64,000 bases of DNA. Origin: Harriotta raleighana. Lineage: Eukaryota. The stretch lies in contig JBNZDD010013689.1 of NCBI GenBank assembly GCA_050575255.1, positions 4,857,175 to 4,921,174 on the forward strand. Reading direction: 5' to 3'. Below are positions 13,566 through 24,980 of this stretch, piece after piece. The notes below the pieces were generated by a model. The model did no database searches. It was given only the letters and a program-made list of their open reading frames with translations, and was not told the DNA's origin. Position 1 is the stretch's first letter, and every line of letters starts with the position of its first letter. The translations under genes were made by a program, and so were the position numbers.

Positions 13566-14329
13566 CTGCAACGAATAATGTTTAAAGTCATAAATCACAC
13601 GCCCTCAAACCATACTCAGCCCCATGGAACTCTATGAACACTAACAAACTCTCTCTCCTTTTCCTGAGCTAGTGTATGCTCATGCAATTCATCGGACCGC
13701 AGATTAGAAATAATGTCGAGGCATTGGCCACAGCCCACTGCGAAAGCTGCAAATAAAGGGCCTGTGGCATTGGTCATGGGAACTCACAAGGTAGGGACCC
13801 ACAGGCAGTGTCCATTCTGCCATACATTGCTTCAATATTCAAACACCAGCACCAACATAATCTTCCTCATGAGAGAATGGGCAAAGAGATCAACCTCTTG
13901 AAATCAGTCATTAAATTGACAGAATTATAAAATTTAAGCTGTGTTTGAGATGGAAGGTGAGATATACAGTGCAGTGTTTAAGGCACAAGTGTTAAGTATG
14001 TGAAGTGTGCTCAGTCTTTAAAGGAAAAATCTCAAGAGGGGACCTTATAGAATAAACTTTTGACTGGGATTAAAAAGAAAATCCAGAACAATAGTTTAGA
14101 ATCCAGCGAGACAGAAAAACACAAGGAGATAGGTTTACAGTTGCGAAAGGCAATTTCAGGACATATACCACATAGCTTTTTTGTTTTACCCAGAGGATCA
14201 TTAACAACTGGAAGAGGTTGTCAGGAAGGTTAGTGCAGGGAGCGAGTGAACTCCCCTGTTATCTCTGGATGCTAGTTTCAAATTTAGCCCAATATCCATG
14301 ACTTGGTGTTGATAACTGAAGATAATACT

Positions 14330-14660
14330 ATCACAGAGAATTTTACAGCACAAAAGGAGACCATTCGGCCCATCTAGTCTGTGCCGGCTCTTTGAAAACA
14401 GCAACTCAATCCCACTGCCCAGCTCTCTCCCCATGACCTAACAGATCTGTTCTCCCTAAATAAAGATCTAATTCTCTTTTAAAAGCTGTTATCGAATCGG
14501 CCTCCACCACCTTTTCAGGGAATGCATTCCAGATTCGAACAACCCGCTGAGTGAAAAAAATTCTCCTCATCTCCCCTCTGCTTCGTTTTGAAACTATTTT
14601 AAATCTGTGACCACGAGTCACCCACCAGTGGAAACAGTTTTTCCTTATTCACCCTGTCTA
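14330..14660 (-). mobile_element. CR1-clade LINE 3' end
   Basis: TRGHRFKI...FFTQRVVRIWNAFPEKVVEADSITAFKRELD. Confidence 0.85.
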
Positions 14661-14845
14661 TAAAATGAATAGCACAGAAAATGGAGCAGTCATGGTAGTG
14701 CAATAGAGGTAAAGGCATAATTCAGGTTCAGAGGAGAGCAGCTTTACTGTGTATCTGGCTGCAAATAAATGTGAACATCATTGCATTCCTTCCCTTCATC
14801 TGAACAAATTTAGCAAAAAGCCCACGAAGAAAGTGATATACTGAC

Positions 14846-14920
14846 CTCTGCTGTAAGCTGCCTTTGAGCATCTTTGGAAGCCTGCAGGTGGAGTCTGAGC
14901 TCTTCCTTCTCAATGGCATG
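14846..14920 (-). CDS. TRAK2: TRAK2 exon (HAIEKEELRLHLQASKDAQRQLTAE)
   Basis: 75 nt, ttccag|CAT...GAG|gtcagt. Confidence 0.95.
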
Positions 14921-15655
14921 CTGGAAGACCACAAGATGCATAAGCTATTCTGTTCAAAAATCACTACATATATACACTTAATTAAAATTAAACTGCATTA
15001 TGCTTTGAAGTCTTTTTTAAAAAAGATTATTTAGATATAGAGGAGTGAATGGAAAAAACAGATTTGGATGGAAACGATTAAATGGTTCTCTCTGGGAAAG
15101 GGTCAACCCTTAGAGTCCCCGATGGGGAAGGCTAAGGCGGTCAGCAGCACTGTTGAGAGAGATAGAACGTATTTCCCACAGAAGAATTTGCTCACCTTAC
15201 ATCCATAATCAACATCTGGCAGATGGAAAAAAAAACACTATAGGCAGCATCCCCAATGGGGCAGTGAAGAGAGCTGAAACTTATTGATCAGGAGTTCTTT
15301 GGTTCAAAAACCAGATAGAGCCAGCACTTCAGCTCCCTCAACAGGCTTTCTGTGTGTGGTGTGTGTGTGACAGCCAGTTACACACATGTGAACGATGACC
15401 ATTTGAGCGCGAGTGGGGATAGAAACTAGATAACAACCAGGGTCCAACCGACAGCAGCTCAACATTAGCCAGTGCTGAATCAAAATGCAAGGATTATTAT
15501 TCTTATTAGTAATAAACGAGTAGGTCAGAGAGAAAATAGGAGATCAAATGACATCCATTCCTTGGGAAACGACCACGTTACCCGACTATACAGCATGTCC
15601 AACAGCTGTTATTAAACTCAGAAGGAAAAACTGATTCTGGGCCTTTCAGAATTAC

Positions 15656-15786
15656 CTCTTTGACTTTCCGCTGTAGGTCTACGATTTGACTGAGCAGGTT
15701 TGTGATCTCTTCCTGGTGTTGTGCAATGTCCTCATTCTTCCTGGAGAGCTCATCTCCTAGGTTAGAAATATGTATGTTGGTTTCCC
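15656..15786 (-). CDS. TRAK2: TRAK2 exon (RETNIHISNLGDELSRK...QRKVKE)
   Basis: 131 nt, ctccag|GG...GAG|gtaat. Confidence 0.95.
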
Positions 15787-15930
15787 CTGGAGGTGCAGAA
15801 GAGGACAAAGAATCCATTAAACCCAAGGTGTTATAGCTCACAATGTTCCATTAGGCAGGACTTCACAAGGTGTAGTTTTGTTCATTTCAGGTTTCTTTGA
15901 AAATGATAATCATAGTTCTCTCTCAAGGTA

Positions 15931-16308
15931 CAGTAAAATCTTGTTCATCCGTGACCTGATCAACTAAATTGCTCCTGGGGCAATTCCCCATTCCAGAATT
16001 GCGAGTTTGCTCACTTTGCGCATGCGTGCAATGCATGTGCATGTGCACTTAGTAAAATTACGAACTTGGGTTTTTTACTGATCGGTAAAAAATGCTGTTT
16101 TACCGATTTTTTCCCGACTGTGCTGGAATGCTTTATTGATAAGTATCCACACAATATTCTGTTACTATGTAGTCTATTATTAACATGGTATGTTTTAAAA
16201 TAAGTTAATTTTTTATATTAGGTTTTCCGCAACTTGTCCCCCGTTTATTCGGCAGTCAATTAGTCGACCCGCTGCCCCCGAGCGTGCCAGATAAACGGGG
16301 TTTTAGTG
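15931..16308 (+). mobile_element. Tigger-like MITE, copy 1
   Basis: TA-CAGTAAAATCTTGTTCATCCG...GATAAACGGGGTTTTAGTG-TA; colinear with the copy at 58133. Confidence 0.88.
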
Positions 16309-16722
16309 TATAAAGATTAGAAAAATAAAATGAAATTATAGTACATCCATTGGTGGAGAATAGCACTCAGGGAACCTTCCTGTATCCACTACAATATAAA
16401 TTTACAGTTAAATAGCGCTTTATAGGGGCCACGAGGATATCCATATATGCCCAATAATCTATCTTGGCTTCCCCCCAGGGGTGTGAGCCGAGAAGATTGG
16501 GGAGAGGAAAGATGACCGAAAGCTAAGTGGGTAGGTCTTGAGATAGATGTTGAAAGAAGTGCGGGAGGGGGAGGTGTAGTGACTCTGGGATACAGTTCCA
16601 GTGAGTGGAAGCAGTAACTAACAGCACAAGGTGAGTGGAAAATGCCGAATGGAGGAAACGTTGAGTTTTGTCCGTTTAACTGGATGATGCATCATTCAAG
16701 CTCTGCTCAATTTTGTACGTAC

Positions 16723-16801
16723 TTAGCTCCGTCACACAGTCATTGACCAGCTGCTGCTCTTTCTCTTCATAGTTGATTGTTTCCGTCTTCAGGTGACAGG
16801 T
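16723..16801 (-). CDS. TRAK2: TRAK2 exon (TCHLKTETINYEEKEQQLVNDCVTEL)
   Basis: 79 nt, tttccaaag|ACC...CTAA|gtacgt. Confidence 0.94.
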
Positions 16802-18865
16802 CTTTGGAAAAGAGACAAAAATAAAACCTGATCAGATTCAATGGCATCATTCATCTCCCTCATCTGGCCGTAGTAATTACTACTCGATAACATCACAGCT
16901 CTTGCCAGCTCCAACAGGTTAATAACAAGAAAGCCAATTTTCTGCTCGCGGGTGTCAAATGAATTTCATGCAACTTTTGAAGCTCTCCAATTGAAATAGG
17001 TGTTTATAGCCTGGACCTGGTCTGCCCATCTTGTGGCAAAGTGCTATATAACTGAAAATTGTCATTGTAACCAGTACCAAACCTAGATAAATTTCTAACC
17101 TTACTGAAGCGCCCCAGCAAATTATGGAAACTGGCTTTTGAATAATGACTTTATTCAAGAGGTTTTTTCAAAAAAAGATCTGCATCATTAAATTGAAGTA
17201 AATTGTCTCGAGGCTAAAGCCATTTGAGCCGCTGACGTAAAAAGAGTTTCGAAGGACCAGCGAGCAGCTGATCAGTGCTTCATGAGCATCAAAACTCCTG
17301 TGGACCTGAACTAAAAGAGCTGATGGGCAAATCACCAGAATTGACTCAGATTTTGTGTCAGCTTGTGTCAGATTTTGTGTCAGGCTCAATTAGCAGTGCT
17401 CTTGTCTCTGGGTCATGGCTTTGTGCTCACAGTGGAGATCGACACTTCACGATGTGCTGGGGATATGTTGCATTGCCAAAGATGCCATCAAGAGTTCAAC
17501 TGCCCGTTCAGGTGGATGCTAAAGATCCAGCAGCAATATTAAACAGAGTTTCCCTTAGTGTCTTGGCCAATCCCTCACATTACTCATTCTTTTAACTTTT
17601 ACTCTTAATCATTCATTATTAGTTGTTTTAATTTTGTCAGAAAATTCAAAAGCAATAGTAAAACTCTAGATTTAGTCAAATCAATTTTTTTTGGAAAAAA
17701 AGCTACATTTGTTTTTAAGAAAGCAATAGAAATCAGAAACCATAAATTCACCTCATTCAAAAGGTGCCAAACAAGCCAGACATCTGGCATCAACACTGGT
17801 AATTTCATATAGTTGGGAGAGATAAGGAAGTATTTATGAGTTATTTGGGTATTTATGGTTCAACTTTGCAAGTGACCTGCAGTTTTTCCAGTAACTATGC
17901 AGGTGATTTGGAGTTGAAACAGAATGCATCCCGCAGTTAATCCTTATAGGGCTAGGAGGTGAGATGTCACGAAAAGAGATCCAGGGGCCCAAATATTCTC
18001 TGTAGTCCTCCCATTAACCTGGCTTAATTGCTTGTATGCCCACCTTGGAGACAATTTGCACTCTTACATTACACTCTTAATTTATGGTTCCTTAAGTTAA
18101 GAATTAATATCAATTCTGTACTACTGTATGCTAGAACTATAGTCATTTACACCACTGAAAGCAGCCACGTGGCTCATTGTGTCAATCTATTTCGGAGTTC
18201 CACTTCCACAGTACTGTTTCTCAGTCAAAATAAACTTCAACATGGTCAGCAAATCAAGCCTTTAGCTATCACAATCCTTTCTTCTGCAATTCTTCTCTAA
18301 AATGAACTTGTTTTCTCAGCTCTATCCCTGCTTAGCAAAAGCTCCTCGCTGTAACCATATTTTGATCCGCTCTACGTCTTCCACTTCTTGCTCATTCTCT
18401 GTTGCACTATTGGGCGCTCAGGGACATTCTTTAAATTAATGGCATTACCAATGGAATTATTATTGTGGCTCAGTTGTATCCAGGATTAGAGTCAAGGTAC
18501 AAAGATAATGGGAACAATGGACAGGAAAACTGGGATGAAAAGACACACAGAACCATTTGGCAAAGGTGGAGCATACTCTTGATATTCATATATCTTAGAA
18601 AACTCATCCAAACATTTGAGCGTTTAAAGTTACCATCTCCTTTTACACAACACATATTGGGGTTTCCTTTTGCATAATGGTCACTGTATGTTCACAGGAA
18701 GAGGAGAGCTGCCTGAGTGATCAGTGCTGACACACAATTTCCTTTGATTCAAAGGCAGACCCTGCTTTAATCTTAGTGTAGGGGCGGGAGTCTCCTGGTA
18801 TTTTGGCCATCATGCCAACACTGTACTTTTTGGAGCACCTGCCCTCAGTTTTCATTATACCATAC

Positions 18866-19075
18866 CTCAGATCGGAGGCAGAGATTCTCTTCCTCCAGTA
18901 CCCGCAGTTTGCTCTGCAAGGAATCCAGCAGAATCAGGCTGTGCGACACGCTCACGGACTCGTTCTGGCGGAGTGGCGTGGAGCAGCTCGAGTCGGACTC
19001 GCTCTCCTCCGAGGCGATGGCCACAAAACGCAGCAGCTCATCTTTCTTTGTCAGCTCGTGCTGCAATTGGTTGAC
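18866..19075 (-). CDS. TRAK2: TRAK2 exon (VNQLQHELTKKDELLR...NLCLRSE)
   Basis: 210 nt, attag|GTC...GAG|gtatg. Confidence 0.96.
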
Positions 19076-19926
19076 CTAATGAAAACACAGAAATTGGAAC
19101 ACCAAAATATAGACACACCAAAGAAGCAAGGGCCAGAACTGCAATCTATAAAACCTGGAAAATGTCAAAACTTGCTACTGGCCTATTCAACACGTAAAAC
19201 CCATTTAGAATGCAACGCAACCAATAGCCACGGGTTTCTGGACACCATACTAACCCCTCACTATTAACAGCATATCTCATTTAGATATTAGAGGCAGGAT
19301 TCTATCCTTCCTATTTGGCTCCTGTTAATCCTACAAGTTAAAGCCCATACAGATATCGGGAAGCTTGTGTTCACAATGGCAAGGTGTAAGGTTTTAGGCT
19401 GATTAAACTTCAACAGCACTAGAGCACCCCAATGCACAGTGAGGTCCATAAACCTTTAGTTTTTAAAATATTTTCAAGGATCAAGTAAGCAGGGACATCC
19501 CTCCAGGGAGACTGCACATTCCATTCTGACAAAGAAAATTCAATATAGATGTAGAATTCAGGAGTTGGTTCAATGTTTAAGTATGGCAATGGGTTTCCCC
19601 TGTGCATCAGACACTCAGTTGACAACAAAACAAACCATCTATGAAGAGAATCCTCACAGGCATCAGACAACTAATAATCCCTTCATTCTTTGATTGAGTT
19701 TATATCAAGACAATTGTTACCAAGCTATTCCACAAATTAACATGGTCACTCTTAGACTCAATAAAACTTGGCAATGATTCTGGAGCTGAAACCTCATTGG
19801 TTTCAAGGAAATCCTAAGTTTATACTTTTGAGTCACATTAATTAAACATAAATATAATTTAGTTTCTTAAGGTGATAAAATGGGAATTCCTTGTACTAGG
19901 GGAAGGTAAACACATCTGTACACGTG

Positions 19927-20226
19927 TAGTCCTGTAGCTCAGTGGTTAGAGCACTCGCCTTACAAGCCTGAGACCTGTGTTTGAATCCAGGCAGGGCGAA
20001 ACCATGGGCAAGTTTCCTTACTTCACATGCCTAATAATAATCCGTCCAAAACATAACCTACAATAGATTGGTTATTTCAATCCACGACTGTTTGTGGGAC
20101 ACTGCTGTGCACAATTGGCTGCCACATTTCACCTACATATATACACCTTACAATATATTCCGTGAAACACTTTGAGACGTCTAGAATACGTGAAAAGTGC
20201 TACACCAAATTCAAGGATTATTATTA
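19927..20226 (+). mobile_element. tRNA-derived SINE, full length
   Basis: Same head/core/tail as the other copies. Confidence 0.9.
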
Positions 20227-20612
20227 CACTTTGTTATGATGGTGATACCAATATTTAAAATTGCGTCATATGTTCTTTGTATCACTTTTTATACAGGAAA
20301 GGTGAACTATGCTTTACAATAGATGTCAATAAACATTCAGAGCAAAAGCTCTGACTAATCATTCCAAGTTGTTGTTGTTAAACCAACATGATCCACACAC
20401 AAAAAAAAGCCAAACAGCATAGAAAGAGAGGCAGCCTTTACTCTTAGATTTCATAGTAGTCAATCATTCAGCCAAATGCAATTTGCACTGTAAGAAAGGA
20501 AAACAAACATTATATGGGTTTGCAAGATCAGTTTGATCGAGATTGCTTAAACTCACCACTTCCATTGAAAAGGTTTTTTTTTTTTTACAAACCCTTAGAC
20601 ATGGGCACTTAC

Positions 20613-20729
20613 TTGGTCATATGCCTGTGCCAGTTGTTCCTCCAATAGTTCACTTCGTTCTGTCAGGACCCGATTACGCTGGAGTAAAGATTGTCCGATC
20701 CGGGCAGCCAACTCCAAATCCCGATCTCT
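20613..20729 (-). CDS. TRAK2: TRAK2 exon (RDRDLELAARIGQSLLQRN...AYDQ)
   Basis: 117 nt, tttgcag|AGA...CAA|gtaag; HAP1_N signature. Confidence 0.96.
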
Positions 20730-20779
20730 CTGCAAAGCACGTGGAAATAATAAAGCAAAGGTTTCGACAAAATAAATCA

Positions 20780-20896
20780 ATGTTTATTATATTATAAATT
20801 ATTTATCATAAAATAAATGATTTATTATATTATAAATTATTTATTATAAATCAAATTATTTATTGAAAATTAAATTATTTATTAAAAAATAAATCA
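20780..20896. repeat. AT-rich low-complexity tract
   Basis: Reiterated TTATTATAAATTATT. Confidence 0.7.
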
Positions 20897-21551
20897 AGTG
20901 GGGGTGGAGGGAGAGAAGGGTAGAATTACCAAGAAAGAGCCTTAGGTAGAGTGGAGCTCTCATATAGCAGAGTATTACACAAGGAGAAAAGGATATTAGT
21001 CAATACGTACCCTCTGCATCAAATATAAAAGGGCATAGAGGGCATGGCTTTGGATTCATGGAAAGGTTTGATGCTCTAATGGGAAGGTGGTTGGTAATCT
21101 GGACGGATGAGATCAAATGGTCCTAAGGGACTTCTTCATCCAAACCTCATTGTGATATAAACTAATCATTCAGTATTTTCAGGGAGGAAGAGAGGGAATA
21201 CTGTCACTACCCTGATTACTGGAAATCCATTTTATCTGTCTCCCTATATTTTCACACAACCTCTGAAGTGTGCTCACCCATCCCCATTATAAAGACAATA
21301 AATGGGCCATTTAATTTATGCAAAATCTTCAGAGTGTGGATGTCGTGAAATAAAATAGGCCTTGAAAAATATAGGTTCTAGAATATAAGATTGAAAGTGT
21401 GGAATTGTTCCCTATCAATCTAATCCCTAACCCACAGCACATAATTATGTAGTTTTACCAGATTCTGCTACTTTAAAAAAAATTAACTTTTAATTTCTAC
21501 TTTTCCAGGTAAGGAAGACGATGCAATGCAAAAAAAAACAGTGGATCTTAC

Positions 21552-21628
21552 TTCAGACAGGAGGTGTGTAACCATGCCAATGTCATTGTAAGTCCTGGTC
21601 ATCTGTTCTACTCGATCAGAACTGAGAA
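21552..21628 (-). CDS. TRAK2: TRAK2 exon (ILSSDRVEQMTRTYNDIGMVTHLLSE)
   Basis: 77 nt, ttttccag|TT...GAA|gtaag; not in the ORF track, read manually. Confidence 0.95.
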
Positions 21629-24129
21629 CTGGAAAAGAACAGCAGGAGGAAACAAACATCAGTTTTCTTCACTTTATCCCCACCACCGTGACACCCTCTT
21701 CTCCCTCTCACACAGACAAAGAGTAGTCCAACTGTTCCATTTCGTAGAACAAACAAAAAACAGAGATTAAAGCACCACAAAACTCAACGGTTCATTTGTC
21801 CTGAACTGTGCTCACAACCACAAAAAAAAAGACTTTCATGAAGGCAATTTGCAAACAGTAAAAAATGAGATCACAGACTGGGCTGGATTTGAACAAGTTC
21901 CCAAAAAAGCACAGTTAAAAGCCCTTGGATTCACCTGCAGAAATAGACACTTCAATAATTTGTTGTAGTGCCACCCATTTGGCACCTTATTCAAATAAAC
22001 TATTGAAAAAGTATTCAAGTTTGTGGGACACTACTGTGTACAACTGGCTGCTGCGTTTCACCCACAAATAAACAGTCAATTCATAGTATTGTTCTGTTTA
22101 TATTTGTAATGTCTTATAGTATTCACATAACTAACAATAAAACAAGCTTCACCCAATACGGAATCATCAGTTATTTGGAACCTAAAGAGTTAAGATCCAT
22201 GCATAGGTCTTTTCTCTAACACCAAGCTTCATACGTTTATTCGTGTGTCAATTTTATTTTAAAATAATTAATCTAAAGTCTTCGATTCATTGTTTTATTG
22301 GAACACAAGCACATAAAGACCAGGAAAGGTCATTGCAGTCCACCTGGCTCCAAAAGCACAACACTTTCTTGCTGCACAAGCATGAATACTCCCATCTCCT
22401 ACTCAGTAACTAGCTAGTTGGACTGGATGCAGGTTCACCTTGGAGGAACTCCCCATCAAGCAGGCTTAAAATGAGAGTATGCCCAACCATTCCTGAATAG
22501 CCACAATCATCATTCAAAAGCAGAAAGTCTGAGCCTTGTGGGAACAAACAGAAGGATTATCCCCAATGATGGCTGCACAAATTCTGCTCAGCAGGTTAAT
22601 GTACACACACACAATAGATAACTGCAGTAAGGTGGAGCTCTTCTGTCCTCCCCCTCCTCCCTCGACATCCTGAATTCAGCTGAAGCAATAGCAGAGACTG
22701 ATAGGTTTACTATATGGAGTATGTTCAGTCAGAACCTTCCTATTTTTCATTTTTGCTGAAGTAAAAATATAAAGTATGAATCTAAGTACATTGATACCTC
22801 AGCTTGAAAACTTCACCCACTAGCATTGCATAATAACCCAATCTTCACTCTTGTATACATATTATTTGCAAAGCAATCCCAGAAAACTGGCTGCTCCGTT
22901 CGTCTACAAATGCAGTCATGGCACCTCACTGGAAATTGAGATGTTTCAATGTGACAAAGCACTAGATCAAATGCAATGATAATTATACAGTGCAGTGAAA
23001 TCAGTAAATCACATCACTCATAGTCAGTGGAAATCTGATAACCCTTCATTTTGATTTAATATACTATTCACAGCTACTGCTTTCAGTTGTGAGATTTTAA
23101 ATAAATATCCGCATCACAGAATATTTATACAGAGCTGCAATGATAAATACGCACTGCAACTCATTTCTGATGCTATTATTAGCCCTGTATAAAACAGGAG
23201 ACAGAAGCATTTACATTAGAGCCTGCAAATTTGGCAATCTTATAAGAATACAAAATATTTCATATTTCAAGATTGTTTATTTAGAGAATTTTGCTGAAAT
23301 TCTCTTCAGATGTCCTCTGACCATAGACTCTTCGGCTACAACAGTGTGAAGGCTTTATTTCTGGGACGAACAATTCATTACCTCCAGGAAGGCTGCATGA
23401 TTTAGGAAACACTGCAGAATTCTGGTCCGTATGCATGTAAGCTTGAGGGAGGAAGGGAAAGGGAAGAGCAACAGACAAAAAGGGTCAAGTGAAGAAATTC
23501 AGGCAATAAAGGAACTTCAAGAGATACACATCCATAGTATGATTACAGTTTACCTAAGCAATTATAGCCATCACTATAATCAGTCTACATTCCAGTGCAA
23601 CTGCTTTTCAATGAAAGAATGCAGAACATTAGTGAAATAAAGGTTGAAAAAATACTCAGCTGAGTTACTCAAAGCAACATCAGCAACATTTCAGGGGATG
23701 TACCCAATTTTGATGCTGGCTAAAGAAGAGTTCCTGGTATCTGCTGTCCCTCTGGTAAGGGTTCAAATCTGTATTTATCAAATTTCGAATGACCATCTGA
23801 CAATGATCAGTTTTGGAGAAAGGTGCCTAATTGGGGCTGATTCCAAGAGAAGATAAGAAACAAATTAAATCTGTATGGTGTTCTTGGCAATGCGATTCCT
23901 GAGCCAGGCAAGTCCACAGTACTCCAAGAGTACTCTAGGAGGACTTGGGAAGAGCAGAACTAGGGGCAAGAATTCTTTACACTCAACATTTGGTAGGGTG
24001 GGGTGGTCTAGTTGGGCAACCAGCAGGGACATTCGTCAGTGTCTACAGTGGCAACCTAAGCAGTTTTAGCTGATTAAACTCCAGCAGTTATTACAACAGC
24101 AACTTGCAGTTCTATAGCACCGTGGAAAC

Positions 24130-24980
24130 AGGGTAGTGTCTTTGAGGGCTTGACAGTGGCAGAGCCTGACTCCGAGCCCACGGGGTCTGGAGAAGGGTGC
24201 TCTAGAGTTTCAGGGAGTAGTGGCTGAAAGCGCGACCTCCAATGGTGGGATGGAGGGTGCGAGGGACGAGTAGGAGGCTGGTACCATTTGAGTGGAGGCA
24301 CTGTATGATGGACTGCAAGTGAGGAGGTCGAAGAGATAAAGAGGTGTTAGAGAGTGAAGGGATTTGAACACAAGTGTGAGGATCTTGAGGTCGATCTGTT
24401 TGATTATAGGGAGCTAATGGAGCCTGGTCAGAACTGGTAAGATGTGGGTATGGAGTTTGGTCCGGGTCAGTATGCAGACCGCAGAGTTCTGAATCAGCTG
24501 GATCTTTTAAATAGTGGAGCTGGGTAGAGTGCATTTGAATAAACTAGACGAGAAAAGAGAAATGCCAGCACGAGAGTTTTGGTTGCATTTGGGGAAAGGT
24601 ACAGGCGGAGGCGAGCAATATGGTGGAAGTAGAAGAAGGCGGTTCTGGTCAGAGACCAAATGTGGGGGAGAAAGGAAAGCTGGGAGTCGCACCGGATGTC
24701 TAGCTTGTGCACTGGTTCAGTGAGCGTAAGGGAGAGTCCAGGAAGGTTGAGGAATTCAGATCTACAGGAGTGAAGATGTTGACGGGAGCCAGAGTACGGC
24801 TTCCGTCTTGTCTATATTCAGCTGCAGGAAGCTTGCATTCATCCAAACCTTGATGTCTGCCGACAAGCTGATGGAATGTCAGCGAACCTGGAATTGCTAC
24901 TGATGGAGGCAAAATAGATTTGTGGGTCACCCATATACATGTGGAAGTTTATTCTGTCTGCGGATTACATTGCCCAGGGG
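24130..24980 (-). mobile_element. L2-clade LINE 3' fragment
   Basis: AFFYFHHIARLRLYLS...KTLVLAFLFSRLVYSNAL; TIGGRAFS. Confidence 0.82.

Noticed and set aside
18803-19267. 154-aa + strand ORF (also 6512-6898, 10097-10483, 9017-9382)
   Set aside because: Antisense shadows of TRAK2 exons.
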